A stretch of 64,000 bases of DNA from Flammeovirgaceae bacterium. GTDB taxonomy: Bacteria; Bacteroidota; Bacteroidia; Cytophagales; Cyclobacteriaceae. Of the stretch, positions 40,803-49,701 are shown piece after piece. A model generated the notes under the pieces. It was not told the DNA's origin. It ran no database searches and saw nothing but the letters and a program-made list of their open reading frames with translations. Position numbers and translations under genes: made by a program. The stretch spans positions 22,766 to 86,765 of the forward strand of contig JBIQIY010000021.1 of NCBI GenBank assembly GCA_044507775.1, read 5' to 3'. How positions within the stretch are numbered: position 1 is the first letter of the stretch; every line of letters starts with the position of its first letter.

Positions 40803-41402
40803 ATGAGAAAGCGCATGGTAGTTGTAATCATTCCGATGTTCATGGTCATTCTTTGCAATGCGCAGGAAGGACCACTTGCGTTCGGGGTAAAAGGCGGCCT
40901 TAACCTTTCATCACTGAATATCGATGATCCGGACCAGGCGTATGACATGCGCGCGGGATTCCACGCGGGGCTGTTTCTTCGAGGCAGGTTTGAAAAAATA
41001 GCAATTCAGCCTGAGCTGCTCCTGTCGGTTCAGAACGGTGATCTGGACGATTCCTTCCTCGGAACGGCCAAAGACCGCTTTACGTATCTGACAATTCCGC
41101 TTATGTTCAAATTCTATCCCATTGGCGGACTCAACATTCAGTTGGGTCCGCAGTTTGCGTTCCTGCTTGACGGCGAACGGAAATACGATAGCTTCCTGGG
41201 CAGCGGTTCGATTGATATTTCCGACGAATACAAGAACAGTGACGTCGCGGTTTCCGTCGGCGCAGGTTACGATTTTGACTTTGGACTGGGATTGGACTTC
41301 CGCTACAACATCGGAATCAAAGATATCAACGACGCCGTGGATGGGGAAAAGGCGCATAGTCGTATGTTCATGATCTCGGCCGGCTGGAACTTTCTCCGCT
41401 GA
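40803..41402 (+). CDS. Porin-family (OmpA-like 8-stranded beta-barrel) outer-membrane protein
   Basis: Signal peptide; FGVKGGLNLS, GFHAGLF, IQPELL, YLTIPLMFKF, DFRYNIG, SAGWNF. Confidence 0.88.
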   Translation: MRKRMVVVIIPMFMVILCNAQEGPLAFGVKGGLNLSSLNIDDPDQAYDMRAGFHAGLFLRGRFEKIAIQPELLLSVQNGDLDDSFLGTAKDRFTYLTIPLMFKFYPIGGLNIQLGPQFAFLLDGERKYDSFLGSGSIDISDEYKNSDVAVSVGAGYDFDFGLGLDFRYNIGIKDINDAVDGEKAHSRMFMISAGWNFLR

Positions 41403-41408
41403 GGTTAC

Positions 41409-41575
41409 TAGGGGAATATAGAGATATAGGGTAGAGGGGATATAGGGGATATAAGGGAAATAAGGGAAATAAGGGAGATAGGGAGATAAGGTTGTCCCCT
41501 ATATCCCCTACACCCTATATCCCCTATACCCCCTACACCTTATATCCCCTATACCCCCCTACACCCCATACCTCT
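41409..41575. repeat. Inverted arrays of 9-10 bp purine-rich (GGGGATATA) and pyrimidine-rich (TATATCCCC) repeats
   Basis: About 9 G-rich units at 41409-41491 followed by about 8 complementary C-rich units at 41495-41575. Confidence 0.8.
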
Positions 41576-41629
41576 CTCACTTTTTCACTATATTCCTGTC
41601 TCAAAAAAGTCACCTAACCATACCAGGCT

Positions 41630-42508
41630 ATGAAAAAAATTATTTTGCTGGCTTTCGCCGCATTGCTTGCCGTCTTGCCGTCCTATGGGCAGAACGCACC
41701 TCTACGAATCATTATGATCGGGGCTCATCCTGATGACTGCGACCAGGACGGGGGTGGTACCGCTATACTGTTTGCGAAGATGGGCTATGCTGTGAAGTTC
41801 GTCGCGGTCACCAACGGCGACGCGGGTCATCAGGAGATGGGTGGTGCTATCCTGGCAAACAGAAGACTTGCTGAGGCGAAGGAAGCCGGAAAACGGTTCG
41901 GTGTAGAATATGATGTTCTTCCAAACCACGATGGTGAGCTCATCCCATCATTGGATGTCCGGTTGCAGATCATCCGAAAGATCCGGGAGTGGAATGCCGA
42001 CATCGTGTTTGCGCCGCGGCCCAATGACTATCACCCCGATCACAGGTATACGGGAGTTCTGGTTCAGGATGCTGCGTATATGGTGGGCGTTCCAAACATA
42101 GCATCGGATACGCCACCGTTGAAGAAGAATCCCGTGTTCGTTTATTTCCAGGATTATTTTCAAAGGCCCAATCCCTTCAGACCTGACATAGCAATCGATA
42201 TCACGTCCGTCTTCGATCAGAAGATCCATGCTATGGATGCACATGAGTCGCAATTCTATGAGTGGCTTCCCTGGATTGGCGGATACCTGAACGAGGTACC
42301 GAAGGACAAGGCGGAGAGAAAGAAGTGGTTAGCGAATGACCGGTACGGGAAGATCACACCGGCGGTGCGCGCATCCTTGGAACGGTGGTATGGTGGCGCA
42401 GCGGCTGCAAGTGTAAGGAACGCGGAGGCGTTTGAAATATGCGAATACGGGACGCAGCCTTCAGACGAGGAAGTACGGAGACTCTTTCCCATGCTGCGTA
42501 AAAAGTAG
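41630..42508 (+). CDS. PIG-L-family deacetylase, exported
   Basis: Signal peptide; IGAHPDD, TNGDAG, HPDH motifs. Confidence 0.9.
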   Translation: MKKIILLAFAALLAVLPSYGQNAPLRIIMIGAHPDDCDQDGGGTAILFAKMGYAVKFVAVTNGDAGHQEMGGAILANRRLAEAKEAGKRFGVEYDVLPNHDGELIPSLDVRLQIIRKIREWNADIVFAPRPNDYHPDHRYTGVLVQDAAYMVGVPNIASDTPPLKKNPVFVYFQDYFQRPNPFRPDIAIDITSVFDQKIHAMDAHESQFYEWLPWIGGYLNEVPKDKAERKKWLANDRYGKITPAVRASLERWYGGAAAASVRNAEAFEICEYGTQPSDEEVRRLFPMLRKK

Positions 42509-42528
42509 AAGCTCCTAAAAAAAATAGA

Positions 42529-42733
42529 AGGCTGCTTCAGCGGTCAGGAAATAAAGGAAATAACATTTCAAAACGAGAGACAGTTGCGCGTGCTTGCGGG
42601 TGTCGAAAGCCCAGGTTTTCAATCCGGGAATTCAACTCTGGCAAGTGATGCCTGTCGTAAGACAGACAAGGTCGCAAAAGTCTAAGGTGATAATTCGTTT
42701 TCTCCCTTAAGTAATGACTTTTTGAAGCAGCCT
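42529..42733. mobile_element. MITE-like remnant, family 2 (205 bp) with IS-type terminal inverted repeats
   Basis: AGGCTGCTTCAgcgGTCA at the left end, TGACtttttGAAGCAGCCT at the right end (11 bp perfect inverted repeat); no ORF inside. Confidence 0.5.
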
Positions 42734-42937
42734 GTTGTTATTCTTGCTACCGGTATTACCCGGTTGAAAGCCTAACGCCTTATTGGTTACTATTCACGTG
42801 CCAGTCATTCCTGATGGCAAATGTTATTGAATTTGATGGTTTTCTGTGGAGCGCATGTCGCAGTTGCGTAAAAATGTATCCAATCCATCGATTGATATTT
42901 TCATTTAGCCACACCGTTGTGCAGTGCCGCCGGTTTG

Positions 42938-43309
42938 TTAGTTGCTGTATTCAAAAAGGACATCGTGGATCTTTCCGATCAACTCATTTCCCGTCACCGG
43001 CTTTTCGATATATTCATCCGCGTGGGCGGAGGCGGCCAGTATTTTGAGATAGGAGTCACTCGACAGAAAAATTACGGGTATGTTCCGGCTGCTATCGTGA
43101 GACTTAAGCCACTTGCAGATTTCAAGGCCGTTGATGTCCGGTAATTCGATGTCGATGAGAAAGAGATCCGGCCAGTTGTCCATCATGGAAACGATGGGAT
43201 AGCCGCTGTCAAATACCTGCACGTCAAAGCCGTTTCGTTTCAGTGTACTTTTCAATGTATCCTGAAGCGACTTATCTTCTTCGACGATATAAACGCGGCG
43301 ATTTTCCAT
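42938..43309 (-). CDS. Single-domain response regulator (receiver)
   Basis: VYIVEED, PDLFLIDIELPDINGLEIC, IPVIFLS, ADEYIEKP; start reassigned to 43309. Confidence 0.88.
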   Translation of the reverse strand: MENRRVYIVEEDKSLQDTLKSTLKRNGFDVQVFDSGYPIVSMMDNWPDLFLIDIELPDINGLEICKWLKSHDSSRNIPVIFLSSDSYLKILAASAHADEYIEKPVTGNELIGKIHDVLFEYSN

Positions 43310-43451
43310 TTTTTCAGTACGTAATGCTATATCCATGCCGCATAGCCCTTCGTTGGTTGTCCGGGTCGTTGTGAGTGGTTCTGCCTCGGTCAATGACAAG
43401 CGGCATTGCCTTCTAATCCGATTCTGATTACCTTGAGCCACAACCTGATCT

Positions 43452-44801
43452 ATGCCAACCTCAAAGTACTTTCCTTTATTTGCGCTTTTGCTTCTGGCTT
43501 CCTGCCGTTCGGCCGAAGTGAAACAGGAGCGCCTGGCGCTCGCTGAAACCATCGAGCATTCAGCCCGTACCGGCCTGCTGGACAAATGGTATCCCGCGTC
43601 CATCGACAGTGTGCACGGCGGATTTCTCAGCACGTTCACCTTTGACTTCAAACCGACCGGTGATCAAAACAAGATGATCGTTACACAGGCGCGTCACGTG
43701 TGGACCACAGCGCGGGCCGCTATGGCTTATCCGGAAGAAGATTACTTTATCAAAGCCTCTGCGCAGGGCGTCGCCTTTCTCAGAGACAAGATGTGGGATG
43801 ATGAATACGGTGGTTTTCACCAGCTCGTAAACCGTGAGGGGAATGTGATGGCCGACGGTGAGGAGCAGAAGACCGCTTACGGAAATGCTTTCGGAATTTA
43901 CGGCCTGTCGGCTTACGTCATGGCTACCGGAGATACTGCTGCGTTGTCGCTGGCGAAGAAAGCGTTTCATTGGCTCGAAGAGCACAGCCATGATCCGGAA
44001 CTGAAAGGTTACTTCCAGCATCTCAAGCGAGATGGTACCGTGATCAGGAGAGATGAAAGTGTGCCATCAACCTCCGATCTCGGTTACAAAGATCAAAACA
44101 GTTCGATCCATTTGCTTGAGGCTCTCACTGAGCTGTACCAGGTCTGGCCTGATCCGTTGGTAAAAGAGCGGCTCCTGGAAATGCTCGTACTCATCCGCGA
44201 TACCATCACGACTGAGAAAGGATATCTGACACTTTTCCTCCAACCCGACTGGACGCCGGTGACATTCCGCGATTCATCCGAAGAAGTAATCATGAAGCAC
44301 CACAATCTCGACCACGTCTCTTTCGGCCATGATGTGGAGACCGCGTACCTGCTCATGGAAGCGTCGCACGTCGCTGGAATTGAAAATGATACCACGACGT
44401 GGCGCATCGCCAGAAAAATGGTGAACCACGCGCTGGAAAATGGCTGGGACTCTGTAGCAGGCGGTTTTTATGATGAAGGATATTATTTCCGCGATAAACC
44501 CGGGATAACCATCACCCGCGATACGAAGAACTGGTGGGCTCAGGCGGAGGGACTTAACACGTTGCTCGTCATGGCCAACCTGTATCCGGATGACGATCAT
44601 CAATATTTCGATAAATTCAGGATGATGTGGAATTACATCGATCAGAATCTCATTGATCACGAACACGGCGAATGGTACTCTGGAGGATTGGACAAACAAC
44701 CCGAATTAAAGACAGCGCTGAAAGGTCACGTCTGGAAGGCCTGCTACCACCAGTACCGATCGATGGAGAATTGTGTCAAAAATCTAAAATCCAAAATATG
44801 A
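43452..44801 (+). CDS. AGE-family epimerase (cellobiose/mannobiose 2-epimerase-like), lipoprotein
   Basis: Lipobox LASC; KMIVTQARHVW, AYGNAF, DQNSSIHLLEA, SFGHDVE, WWAQAEG, WKACYH. Confidence 0.9.
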   Translation: MPTSKYFPLFALLLLASCRSAEVKQERLALAETIEHSARTGLLDKWYPASIDSVHGGFLSTFTFDFKPTGDQNKMIVTQARHVWTTARAAMAYPEEDYFIKASAQGVAFLRDKMWDDEYGGFHQLVNREGNVMADGEEQKTAYGNAFGIYGLSAYVMATGDTAALSLAKKAFHWLEEHSHDPELKGYFQHLKRDGTVIRRDESVPSTSDLGYKDQNSSIHLLEALTELYQVWPDPLVKERLLEMLVLIRDTITTEKGYLTLFLQPDWTPVTFRDSSEEVIMKHHNLDHVSFGHDVETAYLLMEASHVAGIENDTTTWRIARKMVNHALENGWDSVAGGFYDEGYYFRDKPGITITRDTKNWWAQAEGLNTLLVMANLYPDDDHQYFDKFRMMWNYIDQNLIDHEHGEWYSGGLDKQPELKTALKGHVWKACYHQYRSMENCVKNLKSKI

Positions 44802-44819
44802 AATTGGAATTCGCACCGG

Positions 44820-44938
44820 ACTTGTATTTAAACCTGCATTAAACCTGCATTAGACTTGTATTTTCAACCTGCATTTAGACCTGCATTAAACCTGCATTTA
44901 AACCTGCCTTTAGACCTGCATTTTAACCCTGAATTTTA
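44820..44938. repeat. Tandem 11-13 bp direct repeats, consensus ACCTGCATT(T)AR, about 10 copies
   Basis: acctgcattaa, acctgcattag, acctgcatttag, acctgcattaa, acctgcatttaa, acctgcctttag, acctgcatttta. Confidence 0.85.
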
Positions 44939-44956
44939 CTACTTTTACCGGCTATT

Positions 44957-45508
44957 ATGAAAAGGCGAACAGTATTCAAACATCTTGCGGCTGCGACGGC
45001 CGCGGCGTGGATTCTCCCTTCGTGCATCTCGGATCCCAAGAAAGTTTCAATTTCTCTGAACCGTCTGCGCATTGCGCCGGAAGAAGAGGAGTTGGTCGGA
45101 AATATCGCCGACGCGATAATCCCGCCGACGGAGACGCCGGGCGCGCGAGCGGTGGGAGCCCATCTTTTTACACTCGTGATGGTCGATGATTGCATGGCCA
45201 AGGATAGGCAGGAGAAGTATCTGGCAGGCATGCGGTCGTTCGATAGCGAAGTTCGGTCTGCGACCGGTCAATCATTTTCAGATGCCTCCGCGGAAGACAA
45301 GTCGCAGATCCTGGCGGCGTTCGAACAGAAACTTGACGATGCTTCCGAAGAAGTAAAGACATTCTACCGCACCACACGGCGCTATGTCATTCAGGGATAC
45401 ACATCTTCGCAATATTTTCTCACCGAAGTAAAACCTTATCAACTGGTGCCGGGTCCGCATTATGACGGATGTGCGCCTGTAAAATCTGACCAGGAAACAG
45501 CAGCATAA
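44957..45508 (+). CDS. Gluconate 2-dehydrogenase subunit-3 family small subunit (Tat lipoprotein)
   Basis: MKRRTVF twin-arginine leader with LPSC lipobox; ADAIIPPTETPGA, GYTSSQY. Confidence 0.85.
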   Translation: MKRRTVFKHLAAATAAAWILPSCISDPKKVSISLNRLRIAPEEEELVGNIADAIIPPTETPGARAVGAHLFTLVMVDDCMAKDRQEKYLAGMRSFDSEVRSATGQSFSDASAEDKSQILAAFEQKLDDASEEVKTFYRTTRRYVIQGYTSSQYFLTEVKPYQLVPGPHYDGCAPVKSDQETAA

Positions 45509-47211
45509 TGGCAAACATCAACATCGACGATATCAAGACACGAACCTTCGATGCCATCGTCATCGGCTCCGGCATCAGCGGAGGATGGTCGGCAAAGGAA
45601 TTAACTGAACGCGGTCTTAAGACACTCGTGCTGGAGCGCGGACGCGACGTCAAGCACAATGTTGATTATCCCACCACGCACATGATGCCGTGGGAGTTCA
45701 AACACCGCGGTAACATCCCGGAAGATATCACCAGCGCCAACCCTGTGGTTAGCCGCTGTTATGCTTTTCGCGAAGACGCGCAGCATTTCTTCGTGAAGGA
45801 TCAGGAGCATCCATACACGCAGGAGAAACCGTTTGACTGGATCCGGGGATACCAGGTAGGCGGGCGATCGCTGTTGTGGGCACGCCAGACTCAGCGTTGG
45901 AGCGATTTTGACTTTGAAGGACCGGCGCGCGACGGCTTTGCGGTCGACTGGCCTATCCGTTATAAAGATCTGGCGCCGTGGTACAGCCATGTGGAGAAGT
46001 TCGCGGGCATTTCCGGAAACAAAGACGGGCTGCCCAATCTACCCGACGGCGAATTTCTGCCCGCTTATCCTTTGAATTGTGTTGAAAGTTTTTTCAAGGA
46101 AAAAGTAGAGGCGAACTATAAGAATCGCAACGTGATTGTGGCGCGATGTGCGCACATCTCGGAGCCGCAACCCATTCATCTCGAGCAGGGGCGCGCACAG
46201 TGCCAGAGCCGCACCCTTTGTCAGCGCGGTTGTCCCTTTGGAGGTTACTTCAGCAGTAACTCGTCCACTTTACCCTGGGCGGCAAAGACGGGCAATCTCA
46301 CCTTGCGTCCTCAGTCGATCGTGCATTCGATCATCTACGATGACGCAAAGGGAAAAGTCACAGGCGTTCGCGTGATCGATGCGGTGACGAAAGAATCCGT
46401 TGAGTATTTTGCTTCGATCATATTTGTGAACGCAGGGTCGCTCAATACGAATCTGATCCTGCTGAACTCAACGTCGGCGAGGTTTCCCAACGGCCTGGGT
46501 AATGATACCGGTTTGCTCGGCAAGTATGTCGCATTCCATAATTACCGTGCGCGGGTCTCCGGATCGTTTGACGGGTTCGCCGACTCGACAACGAAGGGCC
46601 GCCGCCCGACGAGTGGATACATCCCCCGCTTTCGCAATCTCTATAAGCAGGAAACTGATTTTCTCCGCGGATACGCAGCAGGTTTTAGCGCGGGACGTTC
46701 TGAAGAGCAAGCGCGCGATGGTCTGGGCCTTTCTTTTAAAGAAGCGCTTGCCGCCAGCAAGCTCGGTCCGTGGCGTGTCGGATCTCACATGATGGGAGAG
46801 ACGATTCCCAAGGAAAGAAACCACGTCGGCCTCGACGCGGAGAAGACGGATGAATGGGGGATGCCTCTCCTGAAGATCTCCGTCGACTATGATGATAACG
46901 ATGAGAAAATGGTAGCCGACTACCTGGCGCAGCTGAGCGAAATGTTCGAGAAGGCGGGATTCACGGACATCCGGACCAGCGACAGCAAGCAGGCTCCCGG
47001 TCTCGATATTCATGAGATGGGGGGCGTGCGGATGGGACACGACCCTAAAACCTCATTGTTGAACAAATGGAATCAGATGCACGCGTGCAAGAATGTTTTT
47101 GTGACGGATGGTGCGTGCATGACTTCAACATCTACGCAGAATCCCTCGCTTACGTACATGGCGCTTTCCGCACGGGCAGCAGACTACGCCGTGAAGAACG
47201 TGAAGACCTAG
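45508..47211 (+). CDS. GMC-family FAD oxidoreductase
   Basis: DAIVIGSGISGGW, VLERG, GGRSLLWARQ, IHEMGGVRMG, VTDGACM, NPSLTYMAL; overlaps the small-subunit stop. Confidence 0.93.
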   Translation: MANINIDDIKTRTFDAIVIGSGISGGWSAKELTERGLKTLVLERGRDVKHNVDYPTTHMMPWEFKHRGNIPEDITSANPVVSRCYAFREDAQHFFVKDQEHPYTQEKPFDWIRGYQVGGRSLLWARQTQRWSDFDFEGPARDGFAVDWPIRYKDLAPWYSHVEKFAGISGNKDGLPNLPDGEFLPAYPLNCVESFFKEKVEANYKNRNVIVARCAHISEPQPIHLEQGRAQCQSRTLCQRGCPFGGYFSSNSSTLPWAAKTGNLTLRPQSIVHSIIYDDAKGKVTGVRVIDAVTKESVEYFASIIFVNAGSLNTNLILLNSTSARFPNGLGNDTGLLGKYVAFHNYRARVSGSFDGFADSTTKGRRPTSGYIPRFRNLYKQETDFLRGYAAGFSAGRSEEQARDGLGLSFKEALAASKLGPWRVGSHMMGETIPKERNHVGLDAEKTDEWGMPLLKISVDYDDNDEKMVADYLAQLSEMFEKAGFTDIRTSDSKQAPGLDIHEMGGVRMGHDPKTSLLNKWNQMHACKNVFVTDGACMTSTSTQNPSLTYMALSARAADYAVKNVKT

Positions 47212-47214
47212 CCT

Positions 47215-47913
47215 ATGAAAAATCTGCTGCGCTCTTTCTTGTTCGTGTTGCTTGCGTTTCCCGGGAACGCCATCGGTCAACTGCCGGGGCACATGCAGAT
47301 CAAGAAGACCGCAGATTTTGGAATCTCAGGGAACGGCGCAGCAAAGGAATGGAAGGAGGCCGACTGGATCTCACTTGAGAAAAGAAAGGGCGTGGCCGAC
47401 TACACAACACGGGCAAAGCTTCTCTATTCAGAAACCGGCATCTATGTTTTATATTCCTGCCAGGATAAGAAGATCACTGCAACACTGAAGGAAGATTTTG
47501 CCAATCTCTGGACGGAGGATGTCGTTGAGATCTTTTTCTGGCCCGACGAAAGTGTCCCGCTCTACTTTGAATATGAACTGTCTCCTTTGAATTACGAGCT
47601 GGCGATCCTCGTTCCGAACATGGATGGAAATTTTCTCGGATGGAGACCGTGGCAGTACGCCGGCGATCGAAAGACAAGGCACGCTACGAAGATTATCGGA
47701 AAGGGCAGCGCAACCAGTGAGTGGTTCGCAGAATTTTTTATCCCTTATTCGCTGCTGAAACCGCTGCGCAATGTCCCACCTGCGAAGGGCGATCAATGGC
47801 GAATGAACCTGTACCGGATCGACTATGACCATGAATACACGTCGTGGTCATGGCAGCCTGTGCAAACGAATTTTCACGACTACGAAAGGTTTGGCATCGT
47901 GCAGTTCGACTAA
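47215..47913 (+). CDS. Secreted CBM9/DOMON-like carbohydrate-binding protein
   Basis: Signal peptide; TRAKLLYSETGIYV, LWTEDVVEIF, YFEYELSPLN, WRMNLYRID. Confidence 0.8.
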   Translation: MKNLLRSFLFVLLAFPGNAIGQLPGHMQIKKTADFGISGNGAAKEWKEADWISLEKRKGVADYTTRAKLLYSETGIYVLYSCQDKKITATLKEDFANLWTEDVVEIFFWPDESVPLYFEYELSPLNYELAILVPNMDGNFLGWRPWQYAGDRKTRHATKIIGKGSATSEWFAEFFIPYSLLKPLRNVPPAKGDQWRMNLYRIDYDHEYTSWSWQPVQTNFHDYERFGIVQFD

Positions 47914-47936
47914 CTTTCGACTACCGGCGAAGCTCT

Positions 47937-48158
47937 TCAATAGCGCGCCTCGATGCCGAATACCCCCGCAAAGTAATCTTCCAGCGACCGCGTTTTTGTT
48001 TTGGGAAATCCTGGTTCCTCCGTGGTCACAATAAAATCGTTGTTTGATTGATCTTTCGTGATGATGTAGGTTTTGTCATCACTGTATGCGCGCACCGACC
48101 GGGCGCCCTCCTCGAAATGTTCGACGGTCTCAGTTATCAGATTTATCCAACTGCTCAT
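47937..48158 (-). CDS. Small hypothetical protein (73 aa)
   Basis: Non-overlapping ORF filling an intergenic gap, ATG start, globular composition. Confidence 0.5.
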   Translation of the reverse strand: MSSWINLITETVEHFEEGARSVRAYSDDKTYIITKDQSNNDFIVTTEEPGFPKTKTRSLEDYFAGVFGIEARY

Positions 48159-48178
48159 GCGGCAAAATTATTAAATTC

Positions 48179-48277
48179 AAATTCAATGTCGTTTACTTTG
48201 GCCTATTTTTTCACCTTACCAGTGCCCTCTTCTAAGGAAAGGACATTAGCGGAACTCAAGCAAACGACGCCGAATTT
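48179..48277. mobile_element. Degenerate second copy of MITE-like family 1
   Basis: Colinear with 37861-37964: aattcaatgtcgttta..gcct..tcacct..ccctc..aagga..attagcgga.c..aaacgac..gaatt. Confidence 0.55.
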
Positions 48278-48293
48278 TGGATTTAGCCCGTTT

Positions 48294-49583
48294 TCACATT
48301 CCATCTTTCATTTCGATAGTCAAGTCAGTGGATGGCTCCAGGCGAGAGACAATGGCCTCATAGAGTGTAGTGTTATAGTCCTTGTGAATAAAAAGAACTT
48401 CCTTACCGTGATACAGCTGTAGGGAACCGGCTTCGATGTCTGCCGGTGTTAACGAATCAAACCATTGGTTGGGATTGAAGGTGACCTTGGCCGCATTGTT
48501 TGGTCCGAGCAAAACCTGAGTGCCATCGTTCTGTCGCGCATGAAGCGACAATTTCTCGACATCAGTTGCTGCGAAGATCAATTGAATGGTTGAGTTGTCG
48601 CCCTCGTACATTGCGAACACCACCAGAGCCGGCCTGGCATTCCGGAAGAAGCCGTCCAGATCCACGATTTCGCTGTCAATGGCTTCCCTTCCATTTGGAC
48701 CCGGCTTTTTGTCATTTTTCTTATCACCTTTCTTATCGTCGTTCTTTCCTTTACCCTTGTCCTTGTCCTTTGTCTGATCCTTATCTTTATCGTTCTTCTT
48801 ATCGTCTTTGTCCTTTTTAGGGTCGTTATCCTTTCCTTTCTTATCGTCTTTTTTGTCTTTGGGGTTGTCGTCGTGCTTTTTATCGTCCTCGTCTTTCTTA
48901 TCGTCCTGATCTTTGTTATTGTCCTGATCTTTCTTGTCGTCCGGATCCTTTTTGTCGTCCTGATCTTTATTGTCGTCCTGATCTTTTTTATCGGGGTTAT
49001 CATCGACTTGATCGCCGCTTTCGGGATCATCGTTGCCCGTGTTTCCGTCTCCGTTGTTGGCAGGATCATCAGCGGGTTTATCGTCCGCATTATCCGGGCT
49101 GTCATCCTGGTCGCCCTGGTCTTCACCCTTATTGTCATCGGATTCGGTTGGGTCAGGAATATTTTCTTCCTGTGTGGGTGTGATTACTTCCCCGGCGGGA
49201 GAGGCTGTGAACGCGAGCGGGTAGTCATCCCCATTTAGAAAAAGGTGGAAGTCGAGTTGCTCGTATGTATAGGCAGGCAGCGTGAACTCCAGGCGGTTTG
49301 AATCAGCGTGTGCAAGCTGATACGGTGGTTCATCCGCGTTGATATCATACAGTATATTGGTGACGCGGTCGGCGGAATTTCCAATCACTCGGATATGATC
49401 GAGTTTAAGATAGGCTTGCTGGATGGAAATCTTTCCATCCATTGCCGACGACGTCGTCAGACCCAGGTTTGTTTCAACGCGCGCTTCAGCATCGGGCAAT
49501 GGCTGCTCCTCGCTGCAACGGAAAAGCATGAATGACATGCTGAAGACGAGAGCCTTTGCGCATACCAGCAGCATTTTTTTCAT
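48294..49583 (-). CDS. Lipoprotein with a central Asp/Lys-rich low-complexity repeat insert
   Basis: Start reassigned to 49583 (MKKMLLV..MLFRC lipobox); DKKDQD/DNKDQD hexapeptide repeats between two globular segments. Confidence 0.8.
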   Translation of the reverse strand: MKKMLLVCAKALVFSMSFMLFRCSEEQPLPDAEARVETNLGLTTSSAMDGKISIQQAYLKLDHIRVIGNSADRVTNILYDINADEPPYQLAHADSNRLEFTLPAYTYEQLDFHLFLNGDDYPLAFTASPAGEVITPTQEENIPDPTESDDNKGEDQGDQDDSPDNADDKPADDPANNGDGNTGNDDPESGDQVDDNPDKKDQDDNKDQDDKKDPDDKKDQDNNKDQDDKKDEDDKKHDDNPKDKKDDKKGKDNDPKKDKDDKKNDKDKDQTKDKDKGKGKNDDKKGDKKNDKKPGPNGREAIDSEIVDLDGFFRNARPALVVFAMYEGDNSTIQLIFAATDVEKLSLHARQNDGTQVLLGPNNAAKVTFNPNQWFDSLTPADIEAGSLQLYHGKEVLFIHKDYNTTLYEAIVSRLEPSTDLTIEMKDGM

Positions 49584-49701
49584 TTTTATTTGTAAGGACT
49601 TGGTGATTCGGCTAAATGCGGTTAAAAAACTACGCCAGCTTAGGTGAGCGCGCTCTTGGCAGTTGCCGGAAAAATTTGTAATTATCATTAAATAAACCCT
49701 C

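Noticed and set aside
48500-49238. Alternative-frame ORFs over the D/K-rich region (48578-49138, 48873-49238 and others)
   Set aside because: By-products of the low-complexity coding repeat in the lipoprotein
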